A stretch of 64,000 bases of DNA from Myxococcota bacterium (GCA_041288095.1 JBGGMJ010000197.1:11751-75750); one strand, 5' to 3'. Shown: positions 20,847 to 31,008, counted from the stretch's first letter. The notes: generated by a model from the letters alone, not told the origin. Numbers and translations: made by a program.

Positions 20847-22672
20847 GAGCTCACGCGCGTGCCCTGCACGAGTTGTTCGAGCCGCGCCTTAAGGGGCCGC
20901 GAAGGATGCGCGGCCAAAGCTTTGACGAAGCACGCGTGCGCTTCTTCACGCTTTCCCCTGGCGCGGTAGGTTTCACCAAGGTGCAGCAGAATCTCAGGAT
21001 CATTCGTCGAGCCCCGCATGGCGCGCACCAGCAAGCGCTCGGCGAGCTCGTAGCTCTGCTTGCGGAAGGCCAGCCAGCCGAGGCTGTCGACGATGAAGCT
21101 CTCTTCGGAGCCCAGACGATAGGCGTGGCGCAGATGCACTTCGGCTTCCTCGAGATCGCGCCCCGCGTCCGCCAAGGTGAAGCCGAGCGCGTTCAAGCGC
21201 GTCGCGTCCTCGGGCTGCTCCTCGACCATGGCGCGCAAGATGGTTACCGCCTCGTCGAGACGCCCGTTGCGTGCCAATGCGTCCGAGTAGCGCATGCGCA
21301 GGTCGGCGCTGCTCTTGTCGACGGCGTGCAACGCCCCGATGAGCGCCATTGCCTCGGCCTCGTGCCCGAAATGCTGGGCGAGGGTTGCCGTCGCGAGGCC
21401 TTGCTCGTGGTTGCCGAGGCCCGGCGCCTTGAGGAAGAGCGCGAGCTTGCGACGCGCGACCATTTCGTCGGGCTCGAGCGCCAGCACGCGCGAGGCATCG
21501 AGCGCCATCTCGCGACGCGAAGCCCCGGCGCTCAGGGCGCGCTGCAAGAGCGCTAGAGCTTCGTCGATGCGGCCGCTCTCGCCAAGACAGCCGGCGCGCG
21601 TGCGCACGACGTCGAGCGTGTCGCCCACGTGCTCGAGCTCCGCCAGACATTGCTTGGGATCGCCACTCTCGCGGTACGCCTCGGCGATGAAGGCGGAGAG
21701 CTGCGCCGGCGACGGTCCCAGGCCGTCCGCCGTGGCGGTCTTGCGCATCTCGCTGACGAGGGTGAGCCCGGCCGCGAGATTTCCTTCCGCGATGTCGCCG
21801 CTCGCGACGACGCCGCGGGCAATCAGGTCGGTACCGGCGATACGCAACGCCTCGACCCTGTACGCTTTAGCAGACGATGACCCGGCGCGTTCGTAGAGGC
21901 GAGCGACCTGAACGTACAACCCGACGTCATCCGGCTCGTAGGCGAACAGCTTGGCAAGGCTCGCGGCCGCGTCGGCGGGCCGCCCCATCAGGTCGAGGAC
22001 CCGCATCTCGCCGAAAGCTGCGTCCCGCGACCCAGGCTTCTGCTCGCGCGCCCGTTGGTAAGTAGCGAGCGCCGTGCCGAGGCGCCCGTGATCCTCGAGG
22101 ACGCCGCCGAGCTGGGCCGCGAGATCGTCACGACCGGGATAGGCGTTCATCAAGTCGATGACTCGCCCCTCCGCTTCAGCGGTCTTGCGCTGCCAGGCCA
22201 AGGCGTCGGCGAGCCCACTCCCCGCCACCAGAACCGTGTGCTCGTCGGCGAGGCCGTGCATGAGCAATGCGACCGCCTCACCGTAGCGTTTGTTGCGGCG
22301 GGCCAGCTCGCCCGCCATCGTCGTCAGGTAGGGATCGGTCGGCGCCCGCGCCAATCCGTGCTCGAGCACGTCGCGGGCACGATCGAGGCGCCCTTCCGAG
22401 ACCCAAGCCTCGGCGAGCTTCTGATGCAGGTAGCCGGAATCGGCGTCGTACAGCAGCGCCAGTCGGAAGTGCGCGATGGCCGCTCCCGAGTAGCCATTCT
22501 CGAGAAAATACAGCCCCTGCATGACATGGGTAACGCCGGCCGGCGCGAGCTGCGCCGCGTCAACCGGAACCGCGATGAGGTGGTCACCGCTCGGCGCCGG
22601 CCGCGGGGCGGGTGGCGTCGCGGCGCAGGCCACGAGCAAGGACACGACGAGCGCCGGCGCCGCTCGGCACAT
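20843..22672 (-). CDS. Tetratricopeptide-repeat lipoprotein
   Basis: Lipobox LLVA-C; C-terminal LNALGFTLAD, IVDSLGWLAF, DPEILLHLGE typical of this TPR family. Confidence 0.85.
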   Translation of the reverse strand: MCRAAPALVVSLLVACAATPPAPRPAPSGDHLIAVPVDAAQLAPAGVTHVMQGLYFLENGYSGAAIAHFRLALLYDADSGYLHQKLAEAWVSEGRLDRARDVLEHGLARAPTDPYLTTMAGELARRNKRYGEAVALLMHGLADEHTVLVAGSGLADALAWQRKTAEAEGRVIDLMNAYPGRDDLAAQLGGVLEDHGRLGTALATYQRAREQKPGSRDAAFGEMRVLDLMGRPADAAASLAKLFAYEPDDVGLYVQVARLYERAGSSSAKAYRVEALRIAGTDLIARGVVASGDIAEGNLAAGLTLVSEMRKTATADGLGPSPAQLSAFIAEAYRESGDPKQCLAELEHVGDTLDVVRTRAGCLGESGRIDEALALLQRALSAGASRREMALDASRVLALEPDEMVARRKLALFLKAPGLGNHEQGLATATLAQHFGHEAEAMALIGALHAVDKSSADLRMRYSDALARNGRLDEAVTILRAMVEEQPEDATRLNALGFTLADAGRDLEEAEVHLRHAYRLGSEESFIVDSLGWLAFRKQSYELAERLLVRAMRGSTNDPEILLHLGETYRARGKREEAHACFVKALAAHPSRPLKARLEQLVQGTRVSS

Positions 22673-24981
22673 CAGTTCTGAGTTTCCGGAGCCTTCGTGG
22701 CGTCGTCTTCCGGCGTCGGATCGACGGGCGGCTGGAACGGTGGCGGCGCTCCACGAATGATCGTCGGTGAGTCTGGCGGGGTTTGGATCTCGGGAGGCGT
22801 GCCGTCGCGCGGCTCAGGCGGAGGCGTCGGACGCGGCGCTGGGTCGCGTCGTGGCTGCTGCTCGGGCTTCGGCGTCGGGGGCGCGGCCGGCTTCGGCGGT
22901 TGGGGCGCGGGCTCCGTCTTCGCTTCGGGTGCCTTCGCGGTCTCGGGGGCCTTCGCCGTCTGCGGGCTCTTGCCGCTGGTCGGGGTCGCCGGCGCTTCGG
23001 GCATCACGGTGAGGAGGTCCTTGGCTTTCCGATGGTCCGCGTTCGCGGCCAGTACCTCGGTCGCGAGGTCGCGGGCGCGGCCGACCTCACCGCGTGCCGC
23101 CTCCAGCCGGGCGAGCTCGAAACGAGGCCGCTGCCAACGTGGCTCGAGCGTCATGGCGCGTTCGAGTGCGGCGCGCGCGCCGGCCGCATCACCTTCGAGG
23201 TTACGCAGCGTCGCTTGCAGGTACGCCGCATACGCCGTCGGCGGCGGCGCGTCCTCGGTGGCGTGAGCGAGACGCATGCCGCGCAGGTATGCGTCGCGCG
23301 CATGTGCCCGCTGATCCTCGTCGAGGGCGTAGTAGATGCCGGCGGTGAAGGCGAGCTCGGCGCTCTCGTCGTTCTTGCGCGACAAGACGCGGCGCGCGTG
23401 CGCGAGCTCCGCCGACGCCGTGGCGAGCATCTGCGATGACTGCACGACCTCGCCTTCGGCGACCATGTTCTGGGCGGCGGCGCGCACATCGACGCCACGG
23501 AACACCGATGCGATGCCATAGATGACGCGGGCATCCGCGTTCGAAGGATCGATGTCCAAGATGTCGTTCGCGGCCTTGGCGGCGTCGCGATAGCCGACGT
23601 CGGTGTCTGCGAGCAGCGCGGTGCGGGCGTTGGTCGTGAGCTCCTGCACACGCGGGTCACTCGGGCCCCGGATATGCATGATCTGCAACACCGACTTGCC
23701 GGTGAGGAGGGGCATCATTCCCAAGACGAGGGCGACGATCAGCACGAGCCCGGACACACCGAGGATGGTGTTGCGGTGCTTACCGCGCAGCCCGATCTTC
23801 GAGAAGACGCTGTCCTCGTCATCGAACTCGCGTGGGTCGATGCGCGGGTTGCTGTCGCGACGCATGCGCGCGACGTCTTCGTCGTCGAACGGCGGCCGGC
23901 GCGTCTTGGGCCGTCCCTTGCCGTCACTGCCGGTGCGAACACGCGAACGCATGACCGCCTGAGGATCTGGAGCGCCCCAGTTGGTGGCACCGGCACGCGA
24001 GCGCTCGTTGACCGCCATCGGCACGATGGCGCGCGGAGCGGTCTCGTCGCGCGACTGAACGACGGTCGGCGCGTCGTCGAGGACTTCGGCGTCTTCGGGG
24101 CCGGGGCGCACACCCGCCGCGTGAGCGAATGGCTTGGTGATCTCCTCGGGAATGGGCGTGTCGATGGGGCCCGAGGCGGTCGGACCTTCGGCGATCGATT
24201 CCCCGAAGCTCGGCCTCGCGTCCGTCGCGGCGGAGCCGGGCGCGTCCACCGTCGTCTCTTCGTCCGGATCCATCATCGACGCGCGCCCTGTTTCGGTGGC
24301 GAGCACCCGCCCCACTTCAGGCTCCGAGCTCTCTTCGTCGAGCACTTCCGCGTCGAGCGGACGCAGCAAGTCGACCGCCGCGGGAATCGTGTCGTCGTCG
24401 TGCTCGATCGAATCAGGCGGCAGCTCCGCCACAACGTCCGGATCACCGACGCGCGTCAGCCGGAACGGGTTGGCGCACTGCGTACAAGGCGCTTCGACCC
24501 CACCGCGGGGAATGTCATTGGCCGCGAAAGCGTACACCGTTTCGCACGCGGGGCAGGCGATGCTGAACTGGAGCTCGGTAGCCTCGGCGAGGCCGGCGTT
24601 CGTCGAGAGGCCGCCTCGGCCACCCACCGGCAGCACCGTAACCGTGGCGGGGCCGTCACGGCCGGCGCGTGGTTTTTGCCGCGGAGTGACGTCGGTGACC
24701 ATCGGCGCCGTGCCCACGCCGGTCGCGGCACGACTCGCGGTGGCCTGGGATGCCACCGTGCGTGCCGACTTGGGCGCCAGGGCGGGAGGCGCGAGCCAGG
24801 TGTCGATCATCGACATGCTCGGCAGCGCGATCGGCGCCTCGTTGCCCGAGGCGTCGGGTGCGACCACGAAAATGCCGCTGCAGTTGGCGCATTGCGCGTC
24901 GTAGCCCGCCTGGGGAATGAGCGAGCGCTCGAACTGATAGCGCGCGCCGCAGTGCGGGCATGTGACCTGCATCAACATCAT
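22672..24981 (-). CDS. MJ0042-type zinc-ribbon membrane protein with periplasmic TPR-like region
   Basis: CPHCGARY...CANC and second CPACETVY...CTQC ribbons, disordered linker, one TM helix, TPR-like helices, Pro-rich tail. Confidence 0.8.
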   Translation of the reverse strand: MMLMQVTCPHCGARYQFERSLIPQAGYDAQCANCSGIFVVAPDASGNEAPIALPSMSMIDTWLAPPALAPKSARTVASQATASRAATGVGTAPMVTDVTPRQKPRAGRDGPATVTVLPVGGRGGLSTNAGLAEATELQFSIACPACETVYAFAANDIPRGGVEAPCTQCANPFRLTRVGDPDVVAELPPDSIEHDDDTIPAAVDLLRPLDAEVLDEESSEPEVGRVLATETGRASMMDPDEETTVDAPGSAATDARPSFGESIAEGPTASGPIDTPIPEEITKPFAHAAGVRPGPEDAEVLDDAPTVVQSRDETAPRAIVPMAVNERSRAGATNWGAPDPQAVMRSRVRTGSDGKGRPKTRRPPFDDEDVARMRRDSNPRIDPREFDDEDSVFSKIGLRGKHRNTILGVSGLVLIVALVLGMMPLLTGKSVLQIMHIRGPSDPRVQELTTNARTALLADTDVGYRDAAKAANDILDIDPSNADARVIYGIASVFRGVDVRAAAQNMVAEGEVVQSSQMLATASAELAHARRVLSRKNDESAELAFTAGIYYALDEDQRAHARDAYLRGMRLAHATEDAPPPTAYAAYLQATLRNLEGDAAGARAALERAMTLEPRWQRPRFELARLEAARGEVGRARDLATEVLAANADHRKAKDLLTVMPEAPATPTSGKSPQTAKAPETAKAPEAKTEPAPQPPKPAAPPTPKPEQQPRRDPAPRPTPPPEPRDGTPPEIQTPPDSPTIIRGAPPPFQPPVDPTPEDDATKAPETQN

Positions 24982-24996
24982 CGGTTCACTACAATC

Positions 24997-25749
24997 TCAG
25001 CGTATTCGCGCATGAAGCAAGAATTCGTGGTTCCCTTTGGCTCCCAAAATGGGCGAATCCATGCTGGAAACCTGGGTATAGCCGTTCTCGGCCGCGATGG
25101 CTGCCGTGCTGTCTAGGGCCCGCTTTCGCGCCACTGGGTCGCGAACGATTCCGCCCTTGCCGACGTCGGCGCGACCGACCTCGAACTGCGGCTTCACCAA
25201 GGCAACGAGCTCGCTCGGCCTCGCCGACAAGCGGACCACGTGCGGCAACACCAGGGCGAGCGAGATGAAGGAGACATCGATCACCGTGAGGCTCACCGGG
25301 TCGGGCACGAGCGCGGCATCCAAGGCGCGAATGTTCGTCTGCTCGATCACCACGACCCTCGGGTCCTCACGCAGCTTCCACGCCAGCTGATTGGTGCCGA
25401 CGTCCACCGCGTAGACCTTGGCGGCTGACCGCTGTAGCAGACAGTCGGTGAAGCCGCCGGTCGAAGCACCGACGTCCATGCAGATCTTTCCCGCGGGATC
25501 GACGTGAAACCGGTCGAGCGCCGCCTCGAGCTTCAAACCGCCACGGGACACGTAACGCAGGGGCTCGCCCTTCAAACGCAACATGGTGCCGTCGGTCAGC
25601 AGCTCGCCCGGCTTGTCCACGCGCCGTTCGCCGCCACTCTTGGCGTCGACGGCGACGATGGAGCCGGCCAAGAGCAGCGCCTGGGCCCGCGAGCGCGTCT
25701 CGGCGAGCCCTTGCTCGACAACCAAGAGGTCGGCGCGCTGCTTCGCCAC
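24997..25749 (-). CDS. tlyA: TlyA family rRNA methyltransferase
   Basis: S4 domain, YVSRGGLKL, DVGASTGGFTD, DVSFISL, LVKPQFE, GNHEFL. Confidence 0.95.
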   Translation of the reverse strand: MAKQRADLLVVEQGLAETRSRAQALLLAGSIVAVDAKSGGERRVDKPGELLTDGTMLRLKGEPLRYVSRGGLKLEAALDRFHVDPAGKICMDVGASTGGFTDCLLQRSAAKVYAVDVGTNQLAWKLREDPRVVVIEQTNIRALDAALVPDPVSLTVIDVSFISLALVLPHVVRLSARPSELVALVKPQFEVGRADVGKGGIVRDPVARKRALDSTAAIAAENGYTQVSSMDSPILGAKGNHEFLLHARIR

Positions 25750-25757
25750 GGACGGCC

Positions 25758-25997
25758 TTAACCCTCGTCGACTGCGAACGGCTGGACGCGGTCACCTTCG
25801 AGCAGGATTTCGAGCTTCTTCTCGGCCTCGTCGAGGCGCTTGGTGCCGACCTTCGAGAGCCGGACGCCCTCCTCGAAGAGCGCGAGCGACTGCTCGAGGC
25901 TCGCGTCGCCCGATTCGAGACGCTCGGCGATGTCCTCGAGGCGCTGCAAAATGGCCTCGAGTGAGGTCGGCTCGGATGTCTTGTCGGCGTCGCTCAT
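25758..25997 (-). CDS. xseB: Exodeoxyribonuclease VII small subunit
   Basis: LEDIAERLESGDASLEQSLALFEEGVRL; overlaps the xseA stop. Confidence 0.95.
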   Translation of the reverse strand: MSDADKTSEPTSLEAILQRLEDIAERLESGDASLEQSLALFEEGVRLSKVGTKRLDEAEKKLEILLEGDRVQPFAVDEG

Positions 25998-27397
25998 GTG
26001 TCCTCGTCATCGGCCGGGGTCTGTCGCGGCCCCAAGCGCTCGACCCGCGCCTGAATCTGCCCGCGCGCCAGGCGGATGTCCACGTGGTCACCCACCGTGA
26101 GCTCACGAACGTCGCGCACCACGGCGCCCGAGGCGGTCTTCACCAAGGCGAAGCCACGGTCCAGCACGGCCAGCGGCGAGAGCGCGTGCAACCGCGCCGC
26201 CACTTCGGCGAGCCGCGCTCGGTGCGATTCGACTCGGGCACGCGTGCTCGGACCAAGCCGCGCCGTGAGAGTCGCGAGCTCGGCGCGCTCCGAGGCGAGG
26301 CGCGAGCGCGCCGGCGCGGTCAGCCGAGCCTTCAAGCTCTCGAGCTGGGCGCGCACGCCGGTGAGCCGGGCGCGCGGGTGCAAGCGCGCGAGACGCCCTT
26401 CGAGCCGTTGCAGGGCAAGGCGCTCGTCACGGCAGCGACCGAGGCTCGCTTGGCGCAAGTGCGTGTGCGCGCTCGCCAAGCGCTTGCGCTCACGGGTGAC
26501 GTCCCGCCGCAGGGCGCGGCTCATGCGCAGCAGCGGCCGCTCGAGCCGCTGCTCGAGATCGGCGGCGAGAGGAAAGACGAGCTCCGCCGCCGCGGACGGT
26601 GTCGGCGCCCTCAAATCGGCGGCGAAGTCCGCGATGGTGGTGTCGGTCTCGTGACCCACGCCGGAGACCACCGGTACCGAACACGCCGCGATGGCGCGGG
26701 CGACGCGCTCGTCGTTGAAGCCCCAGAGATCCTCGAGGGAACCGCCGCCACGAGCGACGACGACCACGGAGATGCCGAGCGACGGCGCGAGTCGCGACGC
26801 TCGTTTCACCGCCGCGGCGATCCAGGCCGCCGAGTCCGCGCCTTGCACCTTGCTCGGCACCACGAGGATCCGCGCCTTGGGAAAGCGCCGAGTAGCGACG
26901 TTCACGATGTCCCGGATCACCGCGCCGGTGGGGCTCGTGACCACGGCGACGGTGGCGGGAACCAGCGCGAGCTTGCGCTTGCGGCCGGCATCGAAGAGGC
27001 CTTCGGCGAGCAATCGCGCCTTGGTCTGCTCGAACGCGGCCTGCAAGGCGCCGGCGCCGACGGGCTCGATGCTCTCGACGGTTAGTTGGTAGCGGCCCTG
27101 CGGCTCGTAGACCGTGAGGCGGCCGCGCGCCACGACTTGCATGCCGTCCTCGAGGCGGACCTTCAAGGCGCGGTACTCGCGGCCCCACATCATCGCCTGG
27201 ACCTGCGAGCGTTGATCCTTCAAGCACATGTAGCAGTGGCCGTTGTGCACGCGGACGCTCGACAGCTCGCCGACCACGGCCACCTGCGGATAACGCTGCT
27301 CGAGGAGCTGCCGCAGCTGCGTGGTGAGCTGCGACACCGTGAGCGGCGCGGCTTGACGACCCAAGGCCAGCAAGGCCGGATTGACGTGCTTGCTCAC
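25994..27397 (-). CDS. xseA: Exodeoxyribonuclease VII large subunit
   Basis: OB fold (GELS...GHCYMCLKD), VTSPTGAVIRD, RGGGSLEDLWGFN, GVGHETD, APTPSAAAE, SPLAVLDRGF. Confidence 0.96.
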   Translation of the reverse strand: MSKHVNPALLALGRQAAPLTVSQLTTQLRQLLEQRYPQVAVVGELSSVRVHNGHCYMCLKDQRSQVQAMMWGREYRALKVRLEDGMQVVARGRLTVYEPQGRYQLTVESIEPVGAGALQAAFEQTKARLLAEGLFDAGRKRKLALVPATVAVVTSPTGAVIRDIVNVATRRFPKARILVVPSKVQGADSAAWIAAAVKRASRLAPSLGISVVVVARGGGSLEDLWGFNDERVARAIAACSVPVVSGVGHETDTTIADFAADLRAPTPSAAAELVFPLAADLEQRLERPLLRMSRALRRDVTRERKRLASAHTHLRQASLGRCRDERLALQRLEGRLARLHPRARLTGVRAQLESLKARLTAPARSRLASERAELATLTARLGPSTRARVESHRARLAEVAARLHALSPLAVLDRGFALVKTASGAVVRDVRELTVGDHVDIRLARGQIQARVERLGPRQTPADDEDT

Positions 27398-27413
27398 ACC
27401 ACGCGCTCGCCCG

Positions 27414-29738
27414 TCAGGGCGACTGCCCCTCGTAGGCCTTGAGCAGCTCTTCCACCTGCCGAGCGTCTTTGGCGTCGGGCATCACGCGCAAGTACATGCG
27501 GTAGTACTTCGCCGCCTTCGGACCGTTCTTCTGACGGGCGTAGGCGATGCCCAGGGCGCGATAGCACATGCCTGCCTTGGTGTCCGCTTTGACGCACTTG
27601 TCGAGCAGATCGATCGCCTTGTCGGTCTCTTGCGACTGCAAGGCTTGCAGCCCCGCGGTGTAGTAGCCCTTCGCGTCCATTGGTGGCTCGGCCGCCGGCT
27701 TCGGCTGCGGCGGAGGAGTCGGACGCGGCGCTGCTTGTTGCGGTGCCGGTTGCGGCGGCGTGGGCGCGGGTTGCGGCGGCGGCGTAGGAGTCGGCACCGG
27801 GGTCGGTTGCGGCGCGGGCACCGGCGGCGGCTGCTGCACGACGAGGGGCGCGGAGGCCTTCTGCGGTTGCTGCTTGGGGTCGTTCTTCGCCCGATCCTTG
27901 GCGCGGCCATCGCGGTCACGTCCGTCACGCGGCGGCGGAGTTGCCTCGCGATTGTCGGCTACGAGCTCATGACCGCCACCACGCTCGAGCTCCGCGACCT
28001 GGCGCTGGAGGCCAGGCAGCTCGGGCGAGAGCGGATCCATCTCGTTGATCTCGTTCAACGAGCGGCGAGCTTCCGCGACCTGGGCCGCGGCGATGTAGCG
28101 CTTGGTCTCCTCGATCTTGGCGATGACCCGGCCGGCGCGAACCTGGCCACGCAAGCTCACGGACTGAGTGTGCGCCGAGGTCGACTCCGGCACCTCCGAC
28201 AGCGAGCGCCAAGCGTCGTCCCAGTTGCGAGCTTCGATGGCGCGCACGGCGCGGTCGAGCGCGTTCTGGCCGATGATCTCGTCGGTGGCGCGCTGCTTGA
28301 TTTCTTGCGCCTCGCCGTCGGCGGGGTTCAAGACGAGGAGCGCGTCCGCGAGCTTGCGGGCCTCGTTCCACTCGCGTTGCAGCATCGCGGTCTTGGCGCG
28401 TTGCCGCATGTCCTGCGCGTCGGCGTTCGGTGTGTTGTCGACCTGGCGAATCGGACGATCACCGGTGCCCGCGGTCACGGACCCGCTATTGCGGCCGCTG
28501 ATCGAGAAGATCGCGATGCCGCCGATGATCACCACCGCGAGGGCCGAGACCCCCGCGACGATGAGCGGCTTCATGCGCTTCTTGGTGTGGATGATCGAGA
28601 GCTCGTCGCTCCACTGATTGATGGCGGTCGGCGCCGTCGAGATGATGCCGCTGAGGTCGCGGTCCGACGATTGGACGGTCTCACGCGCCTGTGGTGGCGC
28701 CTGGATGCGGCTCTGCGCGGCCGGCGGCAGCGCACCGCCTCCAGCCTGCCGGAGCGCCGCGACCTCTTCGGCGTTGAAGTCGTAGGTCGCGCCGGGCGGC
28801 AAGAAGCGGAACTTCACGTGGCCCAGCTCGATGAGATCACCGCGCTTGAGCTCGGTCTGGGCGTACTCTTCGCCGTTGACCAAGGTGCCGTTCGCGCTCT
28901 TCAAATCCATGATGCGGTAGGAGCGCTGATTGACGACGATCTTGGCGTGGTGGCGCGACACCGATCGATGGTCGATGGGGATGTCGTTCTCGTCGGTGCG
29001 GCCGATCACGACCTCGGTCTTCTCGATCTCGTATTCGGCACCCGCGAACTGAGTGCTCACGCAGATGAGCTTGGCCTTCTGGCCCGCGAGTCCCGAAGCC
29101 TCCGCCCTGCCACGGCGCTCGCTGTCGCCGTGATCCATGCGAATGAGCGCCGTCGGCTCGGGGCGGTTGGCGTCGTCGTCCACGACCGGCGCGCGGCCTT
29201 GCGGCATGTCGACACGCGACAGCCCATGAGCCTCGGCGTGCGCCGCTCCGTTCGAGACGCTCCCCGCGTGGCTGGGCGCTCCCAGCGGCGGCAGACCCTG
29301 CGTTGACGGCGATAGCGGACCGCCGTTCATGGCGTGCTCGAGGCGAATGTCAGGTCGCGTCGGCTCGGAGCCCTCGCCTACCATGGTACGTTGAGTGGTC
29401 TCTTCGACGCGGCGTTGCAGACCTTCGCCACGGAGCTCGAGCTGGAAGTCGCCGACCCGGATGGTGTCGCCGTCGTGCAGCTCCTGGCGCCCCTTGATGC
29501 GGTCGCCGTTGATCCACACACCGTTGTAGGAATCCAGATCCTCCGCGAAAATCCCCATCGGATCGCGGACGAAGCGCGCGTGACGTCGGGAAACATTCCG
29601 CTCGTTGAGGCGGATGGTGTTGCCCTCTTGGCGCCCGATGCTGATGCCGTCGCTCACACTGGACACATCGAGCGGCACGACACTGCGGCGGCCTTCATCG
29701 TCTTCGATGATGAGCTTGAAGCTCGAGTTCTCGCTCAC
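27414..29738 (-). CDS. Double-FHA-domain membrane protein with periplasmic TPR region
   Basis: FHA1 (IGRQEGN...NVSRRHA...SYNG), FHA2 (IGRTDEN...SVSRHHA...SANG), TM helix, TPR-like helices, P/Q-rich linker, terminal TPR. Confidence 0.88.
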   Translation of the reverse strand: MSENSSFKLIIEDDEGRRSVVPLDVSSVSDGISIGRQEGNTIRLNERNVSRRHARFVRDPMGIFAEDLDSYNGVWINGDRIKGRQELHDGDTIRVGDFQLELRGEGLQRRVEETTQRTMVGEGSEPTRPDIRLEHAMNGGPLSPSTQGLPPLGAPSHAGSVSNGAAHAEAHGLSRVDMPQGRAPVVDDDANRPEPTALIRMDHGDSERRGRAEASGLAGQKAKLICVSTQFAGAEYEIEKTEVVIGRTDENDIPIDHRSVSRHHAKIVVNQRSYRIMDLKSANGTLVNGEEYAQTELKRGDLIELGHVKFRFLPPGATYDFNAEEVAALRQAGGGALPPAAQSRIQAPPQARETVQSSDRDLSGIISTAPTAINQWSDELSIIHTKKRMKPLIVAGVSALAVVIIGGIAIFSISGRNSGSVTAGTGDRPIRQVDNTPNADAQDMRQRAKTAMLQREWNEARKLADALLVLNPADGEAQEIKQRATDEIIGQNALDRAVRAIEARNWDDAWRSLSEVPESTSAHTQSVSLRGQVRAGRVIAKIEETKRYIAAAQVAEARRSLNEINEMDPLSPELPGLQRQVAELERGGGHELVADNREATPPPRDGRDRDGRAKDRAKNDPKQQPQKASAPLVVQQPPPVPAPQPTPVPTPTPPPQPAPTPPQPAPQQAAPRPTPPPQPKPAAEPPMDAKGYYTAGLQALQSQETDKAIDLLDKCVKADTKAGMCYRALGIAYARQKNGPKAAKYYRMYLRVMPDAKDARQVEELLKAYEGQSP

Positions 29739-29887
29739 TTAGCGGTCCTTCGGAATCGTCGACGCGGAGACTTAGTTCCTACCATGTCCTTGCCACATGT
29801 TCGAGTCGCCATACACCCCCCCACCAGCCTCCCTTTGCGTCCTTGCCCGGAGTCGGTATGACGTTCACCTTCACCGTCAGGAACCTC

Positions 29888-31003
29888 ATGGATAACAACG
29901 ACATCATCCTCGGGGGTGACGAACAGCGCACTCTCGAAACCTTTGGCTTCGACCGCACGTCGTTCCAAGAGCTTGCCGCAGATTTGGCCGCAGGCAAGTT
30001 CCCCGCGGAGCGCAACCGCATCCAGGGACGCGTCGAAAAACCGCAGGCAGGAGACATAGTTAAGTGGCCCGGCGAAGGTACGGCCGAGGCCCGGGAAGCC
30101 GAGCGTATCGGCCGCGCCGCCATCGCCGGCGGTGAGGTCGCGGTCGCCATCTTGAACGGCGGCATGGCGACACGGTTCGGCGGCATGGTGAAATGCCTGG
30201 TCAAGGTGGTCGAGGAGCACACCTTCCTCGATCTCAAGCTCAAGAACATCGTCGACCTCGACGCGCCGGTCCCCGTCTTCCTCATGAACTCGTTTGCGAC
30301 CGACGGCGACACCCGTGCCCACTTGAACGCGCGCGACTACTGCGGTGTCGCGTCGGAGCGCCTGCACGTCGTGGCGCAGCACGTCTCCTTGCGCCTGACG
30401 CCGGACGGCAAGCTCTATCGCGACGCAAACGGCCGGCTCTCGCTCTTCGCTCCGGGCCACGGCGACATCTTCGACGTGCTGGCGAACGCTTCAGCCTTCC
30501 GGCGCTTCATCGCGGGTGGCGGCAAGTACGTATTGGTGAGCAATGTCGACAACCTCGCGGCGACGCTCACACCCAAGGTCGTCGGCTTGCACATCCTGGG
30601 GAAGAAGCCCCTCACCGTCGAGGTCGCGCCCAAGGAGCCGGGCGACCAAGGCGGTGCGCCGGCGCGCGTCGACGGCAAGCTGCAGATCGTCGAAGGGTTC
30701 CGCTTCCCGGCGAGCTTCAACCAGGACGACATTCCGGTTTTCAACTGCAACACCTTCATCATCAACGCCACGCACGTTCGCGCCGACTATCCGCTGACCT
30801 GGTTCCGCGCCGACAAGAAGGTCGATGGCGCCTCGGTGGTGCAGTTCGAGCGACTCATGGGCGAGGCGACGGCGTTCGCGGACGCGCAATATGTCGAGGT
30901 GCCGCGCGCCGGCCACGAAGGACGCTTCTTGCCGGTGAAAACGCCCGATGACCTGACGAGCGTACGCGACCTCGTTCGCGATAGACTGTTTCGCAAGGAG
31001 TAA
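29888..31003 (+). CDS. UTP--glucose-1-phosphate uridylyltransferase, eukaryote-like UDPGP family
   Basis: LNGGMATRFG, FLDLK, LMNSFAT, APGHGD, SNVDNL, FNCNTF, QFERLMG, RFLPVK. Confidence 0.85.
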   Translation: MDNNDIILGGDEQRTLETFGFDRTSFQELAADLAAGKFPAERNRIQGRVEKPQAGDIVKWPGEGTAEAREAERIGRAAIAGGEVAVAILNGGMATRFGGMVKCLVKVVEEHTFLDLKLKNIVDLDAPVPVFLMNSFATDGDTRAHLNARDYCGVASERLHVVAQHVSLRLTPDGKLYRDANGRLSLFAPGHGDIFDVLANASAFRRFIAGGGKYVLVSNVDNLAATLTPKVVGLHILGKKPLTVEVAPKEPGDQGGAPARVDGKLQIVEGFRFPASFNQDDIPVFNCNTFIINATHVRADYPLTWFRADKKVDGASVVQFERLMGEATAFADAQYVEVPRAGHEGRFLPVKTPDDLTSVRDLVRDRLFRKE

Positions 31004-31008
31004 GAGGT

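Noticed and set aside
22672..24981. Calling the zinc-ribbon protein GltJ/AgmX
   Set aside because: No GYF or TonB-C-like domain; the C-terminus is TPR-like.
24997..25749. TlyA as a hemolysin or virulence factor
   Set aside because: Standard S4 plus FtsJ rRNA methyltransferase in its usual xseAB context; nothing here supports a toxin role.
27700..27840. Repetitive GC-rich DNA as a possible CRISPR or mobile repeat (also 22760-22970, 42655-42730, 56500-56580)
   Set aside because: Explained by Pro-rich or Gly-Thr protein linkers; no constant repeat-spacer period and no cas genes.
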